From Chloroflexota bacterium (GTDB lineage Bacteria > Chloroflexota > Dehalococcoidia > Lucifugimonadales > JADFKI01): DNA of 64,000 bases. Where the stretch lies: the NCBI GenBank assembly GCA_027623195.1, contig JAQBUT010000006.1, forward strand, positions 32,001-96,000. The letters run 5' to 3'. The position numbers and the translations under genes are program-made. Shown one piece after another: positions 1 through 11,210 of the stretch. Within the stretch, counting starts at the first letter, position 1, and each line of letters begins with the position of its first letter. The notes under the pieces are model-generated. The model saw only the letters and a list, made by a program, of their open reading frames with translations. It was not told the origin of the DNA and ran no database searches.

Positions 1-402
1 GGCTTCGTCGTAACCCAGCATGGCATCGGTGTATATGATCTCCGCTCCGTGAGCCTTTATACGCTTCTTGCGCTCCTCGCTAGCGTTTTCTGGCATGACC
101 AGCGCGACCTTGTATCCGAGAATGGCCCCGATCATAGCGTAGGCAATGCCAGCGTTACCGGAGGTGGCATCCAGTATGGTCTTGCTCTTGTCTAGTTCAC
201 CCGACAGGATGGCCTCCACCAGCATGCGCATGACCGGCCTGTCCTTAAGTGAGCCGCCAGGGTTCAGGTGCTCGTACTTCGCATTTATCTCGGCATCCCC
301 TATGTCCACGGGAAGCTTCAATTTGACCATGGGAGTGTTGCCAATGGCCAGCAATGGGGGATATTGGGCTATGAAATTCAGGTACTCTTGAGACAGTGGC
401 AA
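1..402 (-). CDS. PLP-dependent cysteine synthase family protein (5' part; runs off window edge)
   Basis: Manual translation from TTG at 402 (RBS GAGGAG 8 nt upstream) gives IGNTPMV, NPGGSLKDR (PLP lysine), DATSGNAGIA and VMPENASEERK, typical CysK/CysM motifs; not in the ORF track. Confidence 0.9.
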   Translation of the reverse strand, partial: MPLSQEYLNFIAQYPPLLAIGNTPMVKLKLPVDIGDAEINAKYEHLNPGGSLKDRPVMRMLVEAILSGELDKSKTILDATSGNAGIAYAMIGAILGYKVALVMPENASEERKKRIKAHGAEIIYTDAMLGYDEA

Positions 403-591
403 TATGTCATCTCCTCGGCCTCGAAGGTCGAATTAAAGTATATCCACCAGTAACAGCGCCGTCCAGTGTAGGCGGGCCGCGACACCTGCTCTATGAATCG
501 GATAAAATGATTTCGGCTTGAATGGCGCCAATTATTCGGGCCAATGATTTGCACTGCCGGGGCACCACCTAAAGTGCGACGCGCCGTTTGA

Positions 592-2646
<2,055 letters not shown>

Positions 2647-2684
2647 CACAGAACTGGCCGTTCTGATTCTACAAGAGGCAGAAG

Positions 2685-3644
2685 CTAAGAAAACTCCGGG
2701 ACTACCTCGCTCAAGAACGTGTCCAATTGCGCTTGCTGATCCAGCGCGGCAAATCTTACTACGATGGTCTCTGCGCCAGCCTCGACGTACCGTTGCATGC
2801 GCTCAATCGTGCGCTCCGAGTGACCGTAGGGTCCCCAACGGTCGCCCCAGAAGTTCATGCCATAGTAGAGGTGTAAGAACTGGTTTGCCTCTGCGTCAGC
2901 CTTGGCCTCGTCGGCCTGCATATTGACCGTCATGTAGAAAGTGCGCTCCAGCTTGGACGGGTCCTTGCCATAGTCGTGGGCGTACCCCTGCACCTTTTCG
3001 ACTAACCTGGCGTACTCATCAGGGTAGTCAGAGATCGACATTATGCCGTCCCCCAACCTGGCCGCTCTTCGGAACTGGGCCTCGCGCCCCGTGTTCCAAT
3101 GACAAGCCACCAGAAAAGGCACTCCCCCCTTTTGCAAGGCGTGGGGCTGCACCCGGAGCGACTCAAAATCAAAATGCGCACCATGATGGGTTACGACCTC
3201 GCCAGCCGTCAGGCGCTTGGCGACGTCGACAACCTCTTCGAAGCGGCCGGCCCTTTGTTTGGGGTCCACGCCCGCGTTAAGCCACTCCTGACGCTGGTCT
3301 TCGTTGAAGGCGCCTCCTACGCCCGCGCCAATGATGGCCCGGCCGCTTGAGATGAGGTCCAGACTACCCAGCACGTGTGCCAGCGTAACCGGGTGCCGCA
3401 GGGCCGCCAGGAGTACCGACGTTCCCAACCGTACCCTCTTGGTGCGGGAGGCGATGGCCGCAAGGGTCGTCAACGGCTCCAATCTAGGCTTGGCCGTCAG
3501 GCTGTCGCCAACCCAGACCGAGTCCAGTCCCGCCTTCTCAACCTGCTCCGCCATAGAGAGCACAGTCTCGATATCCTGGGGGGCCTCGCCGGTCATTATC
3601 AGGCGTCGTGTGGGAAGGAGAACGCCAATCTTGACCTTAGTCAT
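2685..3644 (-). CDS. LLM-class (luciferase-like) flavin/F420-dependent oxidoreductase
   Basis: GLDSVWVGDS, LAAIASRTKRVRLGTSVL, LDLISSGR; overlaps cofC stop by 8 nt. Confidence 0.9.
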   Translation of the reverse strand: MTKVKIGVLLPTRRLIMTGEAPQDIETVLSMAEQVEKAGLDSVWVGDSLTAKPRLEPLTTLAAIASRTKRVRLGTSVLLAALRHPVTLAHVLGSLDLISSGRAIIGAGVGGAFNEDQRQEWLNAGVDPKQRAGRFEEVVDVAKRLTAGEVVTHHGAHFDFESLRVQPHALQKGGVPFLVACHWNTGREAQFRRAARLGDGIMSISDYPDEYARLVEKVQGYAHDYGKDPSKLERTFYMTVNMQADEAKADAEANQFLHLYYGMNFWGDRWGPYGHSERTIERMQRYVEAGAETIVVRFAALDQQAQLDTFLSEVVPEFS

Positions 3645-4341
3645 TCCCTTGTAATCCAAGCGGGTATTCCCTAGTTAGACTGGCCGATAGGTCGGACCAT
3701 CCAGTGAGCTTCCCGAGAAATCCGGGCTCTATTTCTTCGCATCGATTAAGGTCCGCCGGGGTATCCAGATCCAGGGAGAAGCCAGGGCTTTCGCAAACTG
3801 AATACGGCAATCCCAACGCCTGCGCCAGGTCCTGGTGGCGTCGAAAACTGTCCTTGCCTAGGGCAGGGCGAAACCCCGAACTAGCGGGCACAAACATCGC
3901 GTTGGTCCCGGCATCGCGTTGAGCGGGGGCCAACGCCAGTTTTGTTCCAGCCTCCGAGGCCGTTAACAGGGCCACGATATCGCTGGACTGCAGGAAAGGC
4001 AGGTCCGCCGGCAGGTACAGGCTCGGCAGGTCAACCTCGTCTGCCGCATTCATGGCATTGGATACGGCGTCATTAAGGCCCGTTCCAAGGTCTTCGTGCC
4101 ACTGCGCGCCCAGTTGCCGTGCACGCTCTCGCACCTGATCATCTCCGCCGATTACCCATATTCCGGTTACGGCCGATTCCATGGCTACCTTTACGACGTG
4201 CGAGAACATGCCCATGGCCAGCGCAGCCCTTGAACCGGAGTCTAGCTCTTTAGACAGGCGCGACTTGGCAAGGTGCAGGGGTTTCATGGGAATTAACACC
4301 GTTACGTGCAGGTCCCCGCTAATAGAGGAAATATTCATCAC
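3637..4341 (-). CDS. cofC: 2-phospho-L-lactate/PEP guanylyltransferase (F420 biosynthesis)
   Basis: IPMKPLHLAKSRLS, LPADLP, GTNAM, DLDTPADL; adjacent to cofD. Confidence 0.92.
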   Translation of the reverse strand: MMNISSISGDLHVTVLIPMKPLHLAKSRLSKELDSGSRAALAMGMFSHVVKVAMESAVTGIWVIGGDDQVRERARQLGAQWHEDLGTGLNDAVSNAMNAADEVDLPSLYLPADLPFLQSSDIVALLTASEAGTKLALAPAQRDAGTNAMFVPASSGFRPALGKDSFRRHQDLAQALGLPYSVCESPGFSLDLDTPADLNRCEEIEPGFLGKLTGWSDLSASLTREYPLGLQGND

Positions 4342-5267
4342 GTCAGCTCGCAGATGAAGTGTGCAAGCCTGACTTTATCATCGTAAGTGCTCATAATGGT
4401 ATTAGTGATCTCAACCTTCATTCCCAACTGCTCTATTTGCAGAGCCAGGTGACGGTCCTGCTCATCGATGACAAAAACGTCACAGAGGCCCACGTATTGC
4501 CGGGCGACGCCAACGCAGGAGACGTCATGCCCCAATTCACGTAAAAGTTTTGCCGCCGGTCCCTTGATAGCCTGCCCCCCAACGATGGGGCTTACGGCAA
4601 CCCTCCTGCCTTGGAAGCTTTCAATTGCCTTTTGCACCCCTTGAACGGCCAGTATGGGTGCCACGCTAATGAAGGGATTGGACGGGCAGAAAACCAGCGC
4701 CTCGGATGTCGCCAAGGCGGTAGCGAATGCTGGCGAAGGCCGTGCGTCATCGGCTCCTACGAACCTGATATGGGATACGACAGGCTCGCTGCGATTTTGA
4801 ACGAAGTAGGTTTGCATAGCAAGGTCGCCCATGTCGGTGGACAGCACGGTACGCACGCTGTCGTCGCTCATGGGGAAGACCGCGTGTCGCACGCCAAGGG
4901 CGGTACACAGCGATTGCGTGACCTGCGAAAGCGCCTGGCCCTGGCTAAGCAGGTGGGTACGCCGTATGTGAGTGGCAAGGTCCAAATCCCCCAAATTGAA
5001 CCAGGCGTCGGCTCCGTACTGTCGAAGACGCTCGAGCGTGCGGAAGCTCTCGCCTTCAATGCCCCATCCCATCTCAGTATTGGAAATGCCAGCAAGCGTA
5101 TACATCACCGTATCCACGTCGGGCGAGACGTGCAGGCCGTGGAACTCCTCATCGTCGCCGGTATTGACTACGATGGAAAGTTGGTCCGGTTCCAGCACGC
5201 CACATAGGCCAAGAGCCAGCTTCGCCCCGCCCACGCCGCCTGCCAGTGCCAGGATGGGAGTCTTCAA
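4338..5267 (-). CDS. cofD: 2-phospho-L-lactate transferase (F420 biosynthesis)
   Basis: LAGGVGGAKL, VNTGDD, SPDVDTVMYTLAG, WFNLGDLDLATH, PSNPFIS, KGPAAK; start uncertain (TTG 5267 chosen, ORF open to 5369). Confidence 0.95.
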   Translation of the reverse strand: MKTPILALAGGVGGAKLALGLCGVLEPDQLSIVVNTGDDEEFHGLHVSPDVDTVMYTLAGISNTEMGWGIEGESFRTLERLRQYGADAWFNLGDLDLATHIRRTHLLSQGQALSQVTQSLCTALGVRHAVFPMSDDSVRTVLSTDMGDLAMQTYFVQNRSEPVVSHIRFVGADDARPSPAFATALATSEALVFCPSNPFISVAPILAVQGVQKAIESFQGRRVAVSPIVGGQAIKGPAAKLLRELGHDVSCVGVARQYVGLCDVFVIDEQDRHLALQIEQLGMKVEITNTIMSTYDDKVRLAHFICELT

Positions 5268-5420
5268 TTCGAGTTCCGCAAAGTAGTATTCCTCTTGCCG
5301 CCACAATATCCGCCACAATCCATGTCTCGTGCCGGGCACTGGGGTTAATAGACCGAACAAATGTAACACCTATGCTAAAATCGTGGCAATACAGGGGCAG
5401 AACCATAGAGAGGTCCTCGC

Positions 5421-6635
5421 ATTTACATCAGCCACCTGAGCCTTCTGAACTTCCGCAACTACGAGCACTTGGAACTGGATTTGAAACCAGGAATGGTGCT
5501 GTTTCAGGGCGATAACGGTCAGGGCAAGAGCAACCTCCTGGAGGCCATATACATGCTCGCCGTGGCCAAGTCGCCCAGGGCGTCATCCGACCGTGAGTTG
5601 GTCAAACGGCAACTTGTGGACGAGGAGACATACTCCCGCGTGGCCGCCATTGTAGAGAGGGGAATCGAACATGGAGGCGGCCCCCTGAAGCTGCAGATGG
5701 ACTTCAGCAGCACTCCTATCCCTACCGAGGACGAGGACGACAATCTCGGCTCCATCGGCGGAATATCGGTGCAGAAGTACATTCGGATTAACGGCGTGCC
5801 TCGTCGCGCCTCCACTTTAGTCGGCCAGCTAAACGCAGTAATGTTTAGCGCGGAGGATTTGGAGCTGGTTTACGGCCCGCCTTCGGTACGCCGTCGCTAT
5901 ATGGATATTCTCATCTCTCAGTTGGACCAGAATTACCTGCGGGCCCTTCAACGCTACCAGAGGGTCATCACACAGCGAAACTCGCTATTGAAAGCCATTC
6001 GCGAAGGCCGATCAGCAGAAGGGGAACTGGCCTTCTGGGACGAGCAACTGGTGAGCGAGGGAGAGTACATAATTGGCCAACGCCGTGCCTGTATACAGCA
6101 GCTTTCAGAGATGGCCGGGCCTATTCAGCGAGGGCTAAGTGGCAACGGCGAGTCCATGGAAATCATCTACCAACCCAACGTCAGCCTGGGCAACGGCGAC
6201 GACGAGGGAGGCATTGCCGAATCAATGCATCGGTCCCTCCTGGAGAGACGCCGCCGAGAATTAGCCCAAGGCGTCACGGTTACAGGGCCACACCGCGACG
6301 ATTTGATAATGTTGTTGGACGGTATGGACGTGGGAGCCTACGCGTCTAGAGGACAGTCGCGAACGGTGGTGCTGGCCATGAAGCTGGCCGAGGCTGGCTA
6401 CCTGAAAGAGCGTCGCGGGCAGGAGCCGATTCTTCTATTGGACGACGTTCTTTCCGAGCTTGATGTCAGACGACGTGAGCATGTGCTGGACCAGGCATCC
6501 CAATATCAACAGAGCTTTCTCACTACTGCGGAGGTAGACAGCATCGACGCTGCCCACCTGTCAGGTATGAATCGGTTTGCCGTAAAGTCCGGGCATGCGG
6601 AGCCGATGGGGTCTACAACGGACGTCATCGACTAA
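5421..6635 (+). CDS. recF: DNA replication and repair protein RecF (probable ATT start)
   Basis: N-terminus (I)YISHLSLLNFRNY, Walker A GDNGQGKSN, GPHRDD, ASRGQ, LLLDDVLSELD. Confidence 0.96.
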   Translation: MYISHLSLLNFRNYEHLELDLKPGMVLFQGDNGQGKSNLLEAIYMLAVAKSPRASSDRELVKRQLVDEETYSRVAAIVERGIEHGGGPLKLQMDFSSTPIPTEDEDDNLGSIGGISVQKYIRINGVPRRASTLVGQLNAVMFSAEDLELVYGPPSVRRRYMDILISQLDQNYLRALQRYQRVITQRNSLLKAIREGRSAEGELAFWDEQLVSEGEYIIGQRRACIQQLSEMAGPIQRGLSGNGESMEIIYQPNVSLGNGDDEGGIAESMHRSLLERRRRELAQGVTVTGPHRDDLIMLLDGMDVGAYASRGQSRTVVLAMKLAEAGYLKERRGQEPILLLDDVLSELDVRRREHVLDQASQYQQSFLTTAEVDSIDAAHLSGMNRFAVKSGHAEPMGSTTDVID

Positions 6636-6681
6636 TACGGTAGCTCAAAGACTTTCGACACTCCCATACAATCATCTTTTC

Positions 6682-7221
6682 TTAACGTAATTGCGCGGCG
6701 AATTTTTCTCGAAACTTTTTCATTTTCGGGTCGATCACGATTCGGCAATACATGCTGTCGGGGTTTTCCATGTAGTACTGCTTATGTTCGGCCTCGGCTT
6801 CGTAAAACTTCTCTAGCCGAACGATTTCCGTTACTACCGGCCCGCCCAAACCGCCAGATTCATTTAATTCACCCACAAAGGCCTCCGCCAGCTGTTTCTG
6901 GTCATCATTTGTGTAAAGAATGACAGAGCGATACTGGGTGCCCTGGTCCGCTCCCTGACGGTTGAGCGTCGTTGGGTCGTGGGTGGCAAAGAATACAGTC
7001 AGAAGGTCCCTAAAGGCTATTTCGGAGGGGTCGAACTGGACTCTAGACACCTCGGCATGTCCAGTCGTCTCACTACATACCTGTCGATATGACGGATTTT
7101 CAGTGTGCCCTCCGGCATAACCAGGGGTAACTGAGACTACGCCTTTAAATTCGGCAAACACCGCCTCGGTACACCAGAAACATCCCCCGCCAAATACGGC
7201 AACCTCGTTATTATTTTCCAT
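6682..7221 (-). CDS. msrA: Peptide methionine (S)-sulfoxide reductase
   Basis: GGGCFWC, GYAGG, TGHAE, HDPTTLNRQGAD, QYRS. Confidence 0.97.
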   Translation of the reverse strand: MENNNEVAVFGGGCFWCTEAVFAEFKGVVSVTPGYAGGHTENPSYRQVCSETTGHAEVSRVQFDPSEIAFRDLLTVFFATHDPTTLNRQGADQGTQYRSVILYTNDDQKQLAEAFVGELNESGGLGGPVVTEIVRLEKFYEAEAEHKQYYMENPDSMYCRIVIDPKMKKFREKFAAQLR

Positions 7222-7599
7222 AATATTTCCCCATCAAATTTGTCTTGGGGCATATTGTAGCAGGCCTAACTAAGGTACCGCGCCACGAGATATTTCCTTC
7301 TATAAGCCTGACTAAACTCAATAAGCACCCCAAGCACCCTTTGACCGTCGCGAAGGGGCCGAAAGTAAAAGGAAGGTGTCCGGTACATCTTGACGTTTGT
7401 GCAGCCCGCCAAACACGATGAAATGCGCCTTCTTAACCCCCGCCTTCGGTACACCAGGGCCAACCCTTTGCAATTAATGAACTAACCCTTAGCCTCTGGC
7501 TTAGAATCCGGTGCATTTATCCCGTTACACCACTTTGTAAAGGTATGCATGGGGTGTGCGGATGGTGTGCTGGCACGTAGTTTATTCGGGTTAACACCG

Positions 7600-7629
7600 T
7601 TGTCTACCCTGCCAAACCCTACCTATAAT
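7600..7629 (+). promoter_or_regulatory. sigma70-type promoter of the large regulator
   Basis: TTGTCT-18nt-TATAAT, 48 nt before ATG 7678. Confidence 0.55.
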
Positions 7630-7677
7630 TAGGCCTACAATTAGCTCAGGAAAATCGTTAAGCACACCGGCTCAAAC

Positions 7678-10600
7678 ATGGAACAGGCAAGATTTTCAAA
7701 TAACCCAAAATACACCGTCCCAGAACCTCGCTCTGCTGTGGTTCGAAGACAGCGTCTGGTCGATTTTCTACATCAAAACGTCGACCAGCCCCTGCAACTC
7801 ATCTGCGCGCCTGCCGGTTACGGCAAGACCACCCTCATGGCAGACTTTGCGGCAGACACCGAGCTTACTGTTTGTTGGCTCGCGGTTGATGAGTTGGACA
7901 GGGACCCCAGGTCCTTTGCCACCAGCCTGTTCGAGGCTCTCCATACGCGTTTTCCCAACCTGGAAAACCCGGCGAAACTTGTGCAGGCCATGTCCCAGGA
8001 GGCCAACGCCGACTGGCAGACGATGATCCACAGCATTGTGGATGGCATTAGCAAGGGCATACCCGAGTATTTCATCTTCGTCATCGATGATTTTCACATC
8101 GTATCGTCCAGTCCTGAGGTGCATGATGCGCTAGATTTTGTCCTTCAGCGCCTGCCGGACAACTGTCGAATAATCCTGTCTACCAGGGAACTGCCACAAA
8201 TAGCGTCCCTACCCAAGTTAATAAGTCAACGTAGCGTTGCCGGGCTTGGGCCAGGAGAACTGAAGTTCACCTCGGACGAGATCAAAGACCTGCTTAAGAA
8301 GCACTTCGACCTGGAGGTTAGCGACGAGGAAGCCAAGCGTATGGAGCAGGAATCGGAAGGCTGGATCACGGCCATCCTGCTCACCACCCACAGCCTTTGG
8401 AAGGGCCTATTCCAGGAGGTCCTAAGTAAGCAGGGCGAAAATACACTTCTGTACGAGTACATGGCCTCCGAGGTTTTCTCCCAGCAACCGATGGTAATTC
8501 AGGACTTCCTCCTGGCGACAAGCATTTTCAACGAGTTCGACGCGGAGTGCAGCAGGGCAGTCACTGATTCCGATAACGTGGAGGAAATTCTTAAGGAGAT
8601 CGAAGGAAGGAACCTGTTTGTCTCCCGCATAGAAGGTGCAAAGCCATGGTTCCGGTATCACCATCTATTCAGGGACTTTCTCAGAGACAAAATTGCTACT
8701 GAAGACCCAGCGCGTCAAATTCAGCTCCACGCCAAGGCAGCCGACTACCACCTTCAGCGGGGCGACGTAAGACAGGCCATACACTTCAACATCGTGGGCC
8801 ACAGGTATGATGAGGCTCTAGACCTATTGGAGGATGAGGTAGAATCCCTTGCCCGTGAAGGCTTGTGGGACACCTTGGGCGGAATGATAGAGCAGATTCC
8901 CGAGGAGTTTCGCGAACGCAGGTCGAGGCTTCTTCTCTATTTTGCCAATTACCACGAACACAGAGGAAGAAACGACGAGTCGATCAAGATCCTTAGCCGA
9001 ATAATTGAGGTCTTTCGGGAGGAAGGGAACTATGTCCTGGAGTCCAGGGCCCTGATGCGACGCAGTGTCGCACTTCGGGCAAAAGGGGCCAGCCAGATGG
9101 CCGTAAGGGATGCCCGCATGGCCCTTTCCATTACGATCGAGTATGGCAGTCTCCGGGATCAGGCTGACGCCCACAGCCACCTGGGCCGGGCGTACGGAAC
9201 TCAGGGCAAATTCCCTATGGCCGAAGAGGAATGCAAGCTGGCATTGGAAGGATATCAACAGGAAGGCGATCTTTTCCAGCTATCCCATACCCACGGAATG
9301 CTTGGCCTCGCATACACTGAGATGGGTCAATTCCCCCAGGCTGCAACTCATTACGAGATGGCAGTCCAGGGCTGGAAGAAGATCGGCAACGAACGCGACC
9401 TCGCGCTCACCCTGGGCAACGTAGCGTGCCTCTATTACCAGCAGGGACGATACGATGAGGCAGTGGAAACCGGCAACGAATCTTTGGAAAAGGCTGTGGC
9501 GACAAATAACGTGCGTACCCAATCTTACGCATACGCCAATCTGGGAGACGTGCGTCGAGAGCAGGGCGCGTTTGGAGTTGCCTTGGGCCACTACCAGAAG
9601 GCGCTGGATCTAGCCAGAGAATGCACCTTGGCCCCCATGGTAAGCTACTGCAGCATCAACATGGGCGAGACTTATCGGCTGATGGGAGATAAGTTGAGGG
9701 CGAAAGGGCTTCTTAAGGAGGGCCTATCGTTAGCCAACGACCTTGACCTGGAGAATGAACGGGGCCTGGCGTACACGTCCCTGGGCATAATAGAGGCTGC
9801 CAGCGGTAACACCGACGAAAGCATTACGGTTCTGGATAGGGCGTGTGAGTTGCTGCAGCGCGCCAATCAAAAGCGGAACCTTGCGCTGGCTAAATTCCAC
9901 ATGGCACACGTATTTTTCCAGACCAAGAACTATGACGCCGCATTGGAGTACCTGGAACAGGTTGCGTCCCTCTGTCAGGATTTAGGTCACGTTCAGTTCC
10001 TCCTGGAAGATGCCAAGCATGCGTCATTAATGTTGCAGTACTTGGCCGCCTCCGATGGCAATTTGCGACAGTTCTTCAACGACATCAAAGACGAAATCAG
10101 CAGACAGTCCGACGGTAATTCCCCAGCAGCCAACGCCTACCTCGATCCCGAAGAACTCCCGATCAATGGCTCATCTAATGAAGAAAGCGACAGCCCTACG
10201 GAAATAGAGGTAAAAGGGTTTGGACAATTAAGGATTTACCTGGGAGGAAATCCAATCCTGAATTCCGCTTGGGGTTCCAGCAAGGCCCAAGAGATGTTCC
10301 TTTATATGCTTCGACTGAGGGAGCCTGCCTCCAAGGCAGATATCATGGAGGCGCTATGGCCTCACATTTCAGCCTCTAAGGCAAACTCCAATTTTCATTC
10401 CACCTTGCACAGAATGAAATCGGCTCTGCACCCTCAATGTGTGGAAGCCAACGGCGAGCTATACCAGATGAATCCTAACTGGGGCTACACTTTCGATGTC
10501 GGCTCCTTCGAGGAGACCATACTCAATGCCCGGAATCTGGCCAGCAATAACCCCGAGCGAATTCTGCTTCTGTCACAAGCTGTGAAGGCCTACAAGAACC

Positions 10601-10929
10601 CGGTACTCGGAGACACTGATGCAGCCTGGTGCAATCAGCTTCGGACGGAACTGGAAACGGCGTTCTGGCAAGCTGTGAACGAACTTTCGGACTCCTGGAA
10701 GGCAAGCGGAAATGTAGCGCAGAGCTTATCCATTTTGGAAGAAGCGCTGGAAGTGGACGAATACCAGGAGGAGATATACCACAAGCTGGCCGATCTTTAC
10801 ACAGAAGCTGGCGACCTTGCTTCAGCCTCTAGCACACAACGACGGTTGAAATCGATTTTCGGAGAAACAATCCAGCTATTTGCCGCTTCAGGCGGCACGT
10901 CAGATGCGGCAGACTCCGAAAAACATTAA
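7678..10929 (+). CDS. MalT-like STAND ATPase + TPR repeats + C-terminal SARP-like (winged helix/BTAD) transcriptional regulator
   Basis: Walker A APAGYGKTT, Walker B FVIDDFH, SEGW, WFRYHHLFRDFL; many TPR-like repeats (e.g. YANLGDVRREQGAFGVALGHYQKAL); C-terminal VKGFG..W.SSKAQEMFLY..IMEALWP..FHSTLHR..FDV..FE. Confidence 0.85.
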   Translation: MEQARFSNNPKYTVPEPRSAVVRRQRLVDFLHQNVDQPLQLICAPAGYGKTTLMADFAADTELTVCWLAVDELDRDPRSFATSLFEALHTRFPNLENPAKLVQAMSQEANADWQTMIHSIVDGISKGIPEYFIFVIDDFHIVSSSPEVHDALDFVLQRLPDNCRIILSTRELPQIASLPKLISQRSVAGLGPGELKFTSDEIKDLLKKHFDLEVSDEEAKRMEQESEGWITAILLTTHSLWKGLFQEVLSKQGENTLLYEYMASEVFSQQPMVIQDFLLATSIFNEFDAECSRAVTDSDNVEEILKEIEGRNLFVSRIEGAKPWFRYHHLFRDFLRDKIATEDPARQIQLHAKAADYHLQRGDVRQAIHFNIVGHRYDEALDLLEDEVESLAREGLWDTLGGMIEQIPEEFRERRSRLLLYFANYHEHRGRNDESIKILSRIIEVFREEGNYVLESRALMRRSVALRAKGASQMAVRDARMALSITIEYGSLRDQADAHSHLGRAYGTQGKFPMAEEECKLALEGYQQEGDLFQLSHTHGMLGLAYTEMGQFPQAATHYEMAVQGWKKIGNERDLALTLGNVACLYYQQGRYDEAVETGNESLEKAVATNNVRTQSYAYANLGDVRREQGAFGVALGHYQKALDLARECTLAPMVSYCSINMGETYRLMGDKLRAKGLLKEGLSLANDLDLENERGLAYTSLGIIEAASGNTDESITVLDRACELLQRANQKRNLALAKFHMAHVFFQTKNYDAALEYLEQVASLCQDLGHVQFLLEDAKHASLMLQYLAASDGNLRQFFNDIKDEISRQSDGNSPAANAYLDPEELPINGSSNEESDSPTEIEVKGFGQLRIYLGGNPILNSAWGSSKAQEMFLYMLRLREPASKADIMEALWPHISASKANSNFHSTLHRMKSALHPQCVEANGELYQMNPNWGYTFDVGSFEETILNARNLASNNPERILLLSQAVKAYKNPVLGDTDAAWCNQLRTELETAFWQAVNELSDSWKASGNVAQSLSILEEALEVDEYQEEIYHKLADLYTEAGDLASASSTQRRLKSIFGETIQLFAASGGTSDAADSEKH

Positions 10930-10950
10930 TTAACTCCCGAACATACCTCC

Positions 10951-11004
10951 AAAAAACTTGGCCTTGCCAATGCGAATGTTGCATTAGCAAGGCCATTTCT
11001 TTTT
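10951..11004 (+). terminator. Intrinsic terminator after the regulator (possibly bidirectional)
   Basis: TGGCCTTGCCAATGC / GCATTAGCAAGGCCA 15-bp stem with one mismatch, followed by TTTCTTTTT and preceded by AAAAAA. Confidence 0.75.
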
Positions 11005-11105
11005 GTCCGAGGTTATTCGTGAGTGACATGCCAGTCGCAATTTGCTATCCTCCCCCTTATTCAGTCTAGCTACAATTTGGCTAGCGGAAAGGAGGAGGTT
11101 CTATT

Positions 11106-11210
11106 ATGAGGCTCAAGAAAGCTTACTGGCAGGTGCTATCCGTGGCTCTCACGGTTGGCGCTTTGTTGGTTCTCACACTAGGGACCGCCCTTGCCGGCAA
11201 CTGGGACTAG
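11106..11210 (+). CDS. 34-aa small exported or membrane peptide MRLKKAYWQVLSVALTVGALLVLTLGTALAGNWD (putative signalling propeptide)
   Basis: RBS AAGGAGGAGGT at 11089-11099; basic n-region, long hydrophobic h-region, A-L-A motif then GNWD-stop; below the ORF-track length cutoff. Confidence 0.85.
   Translation: MRLKKAYWQVLSVALTVGALLVLTLGTALAGNWD

Noticed and set aside
7222..7599. Long msrA-regulator intergenic region with AAGCACCC tandem and AACCC motifs; ORF 7266-7463
   Set aside because: No recognisable RNA family, array periodicity or credible coding signal
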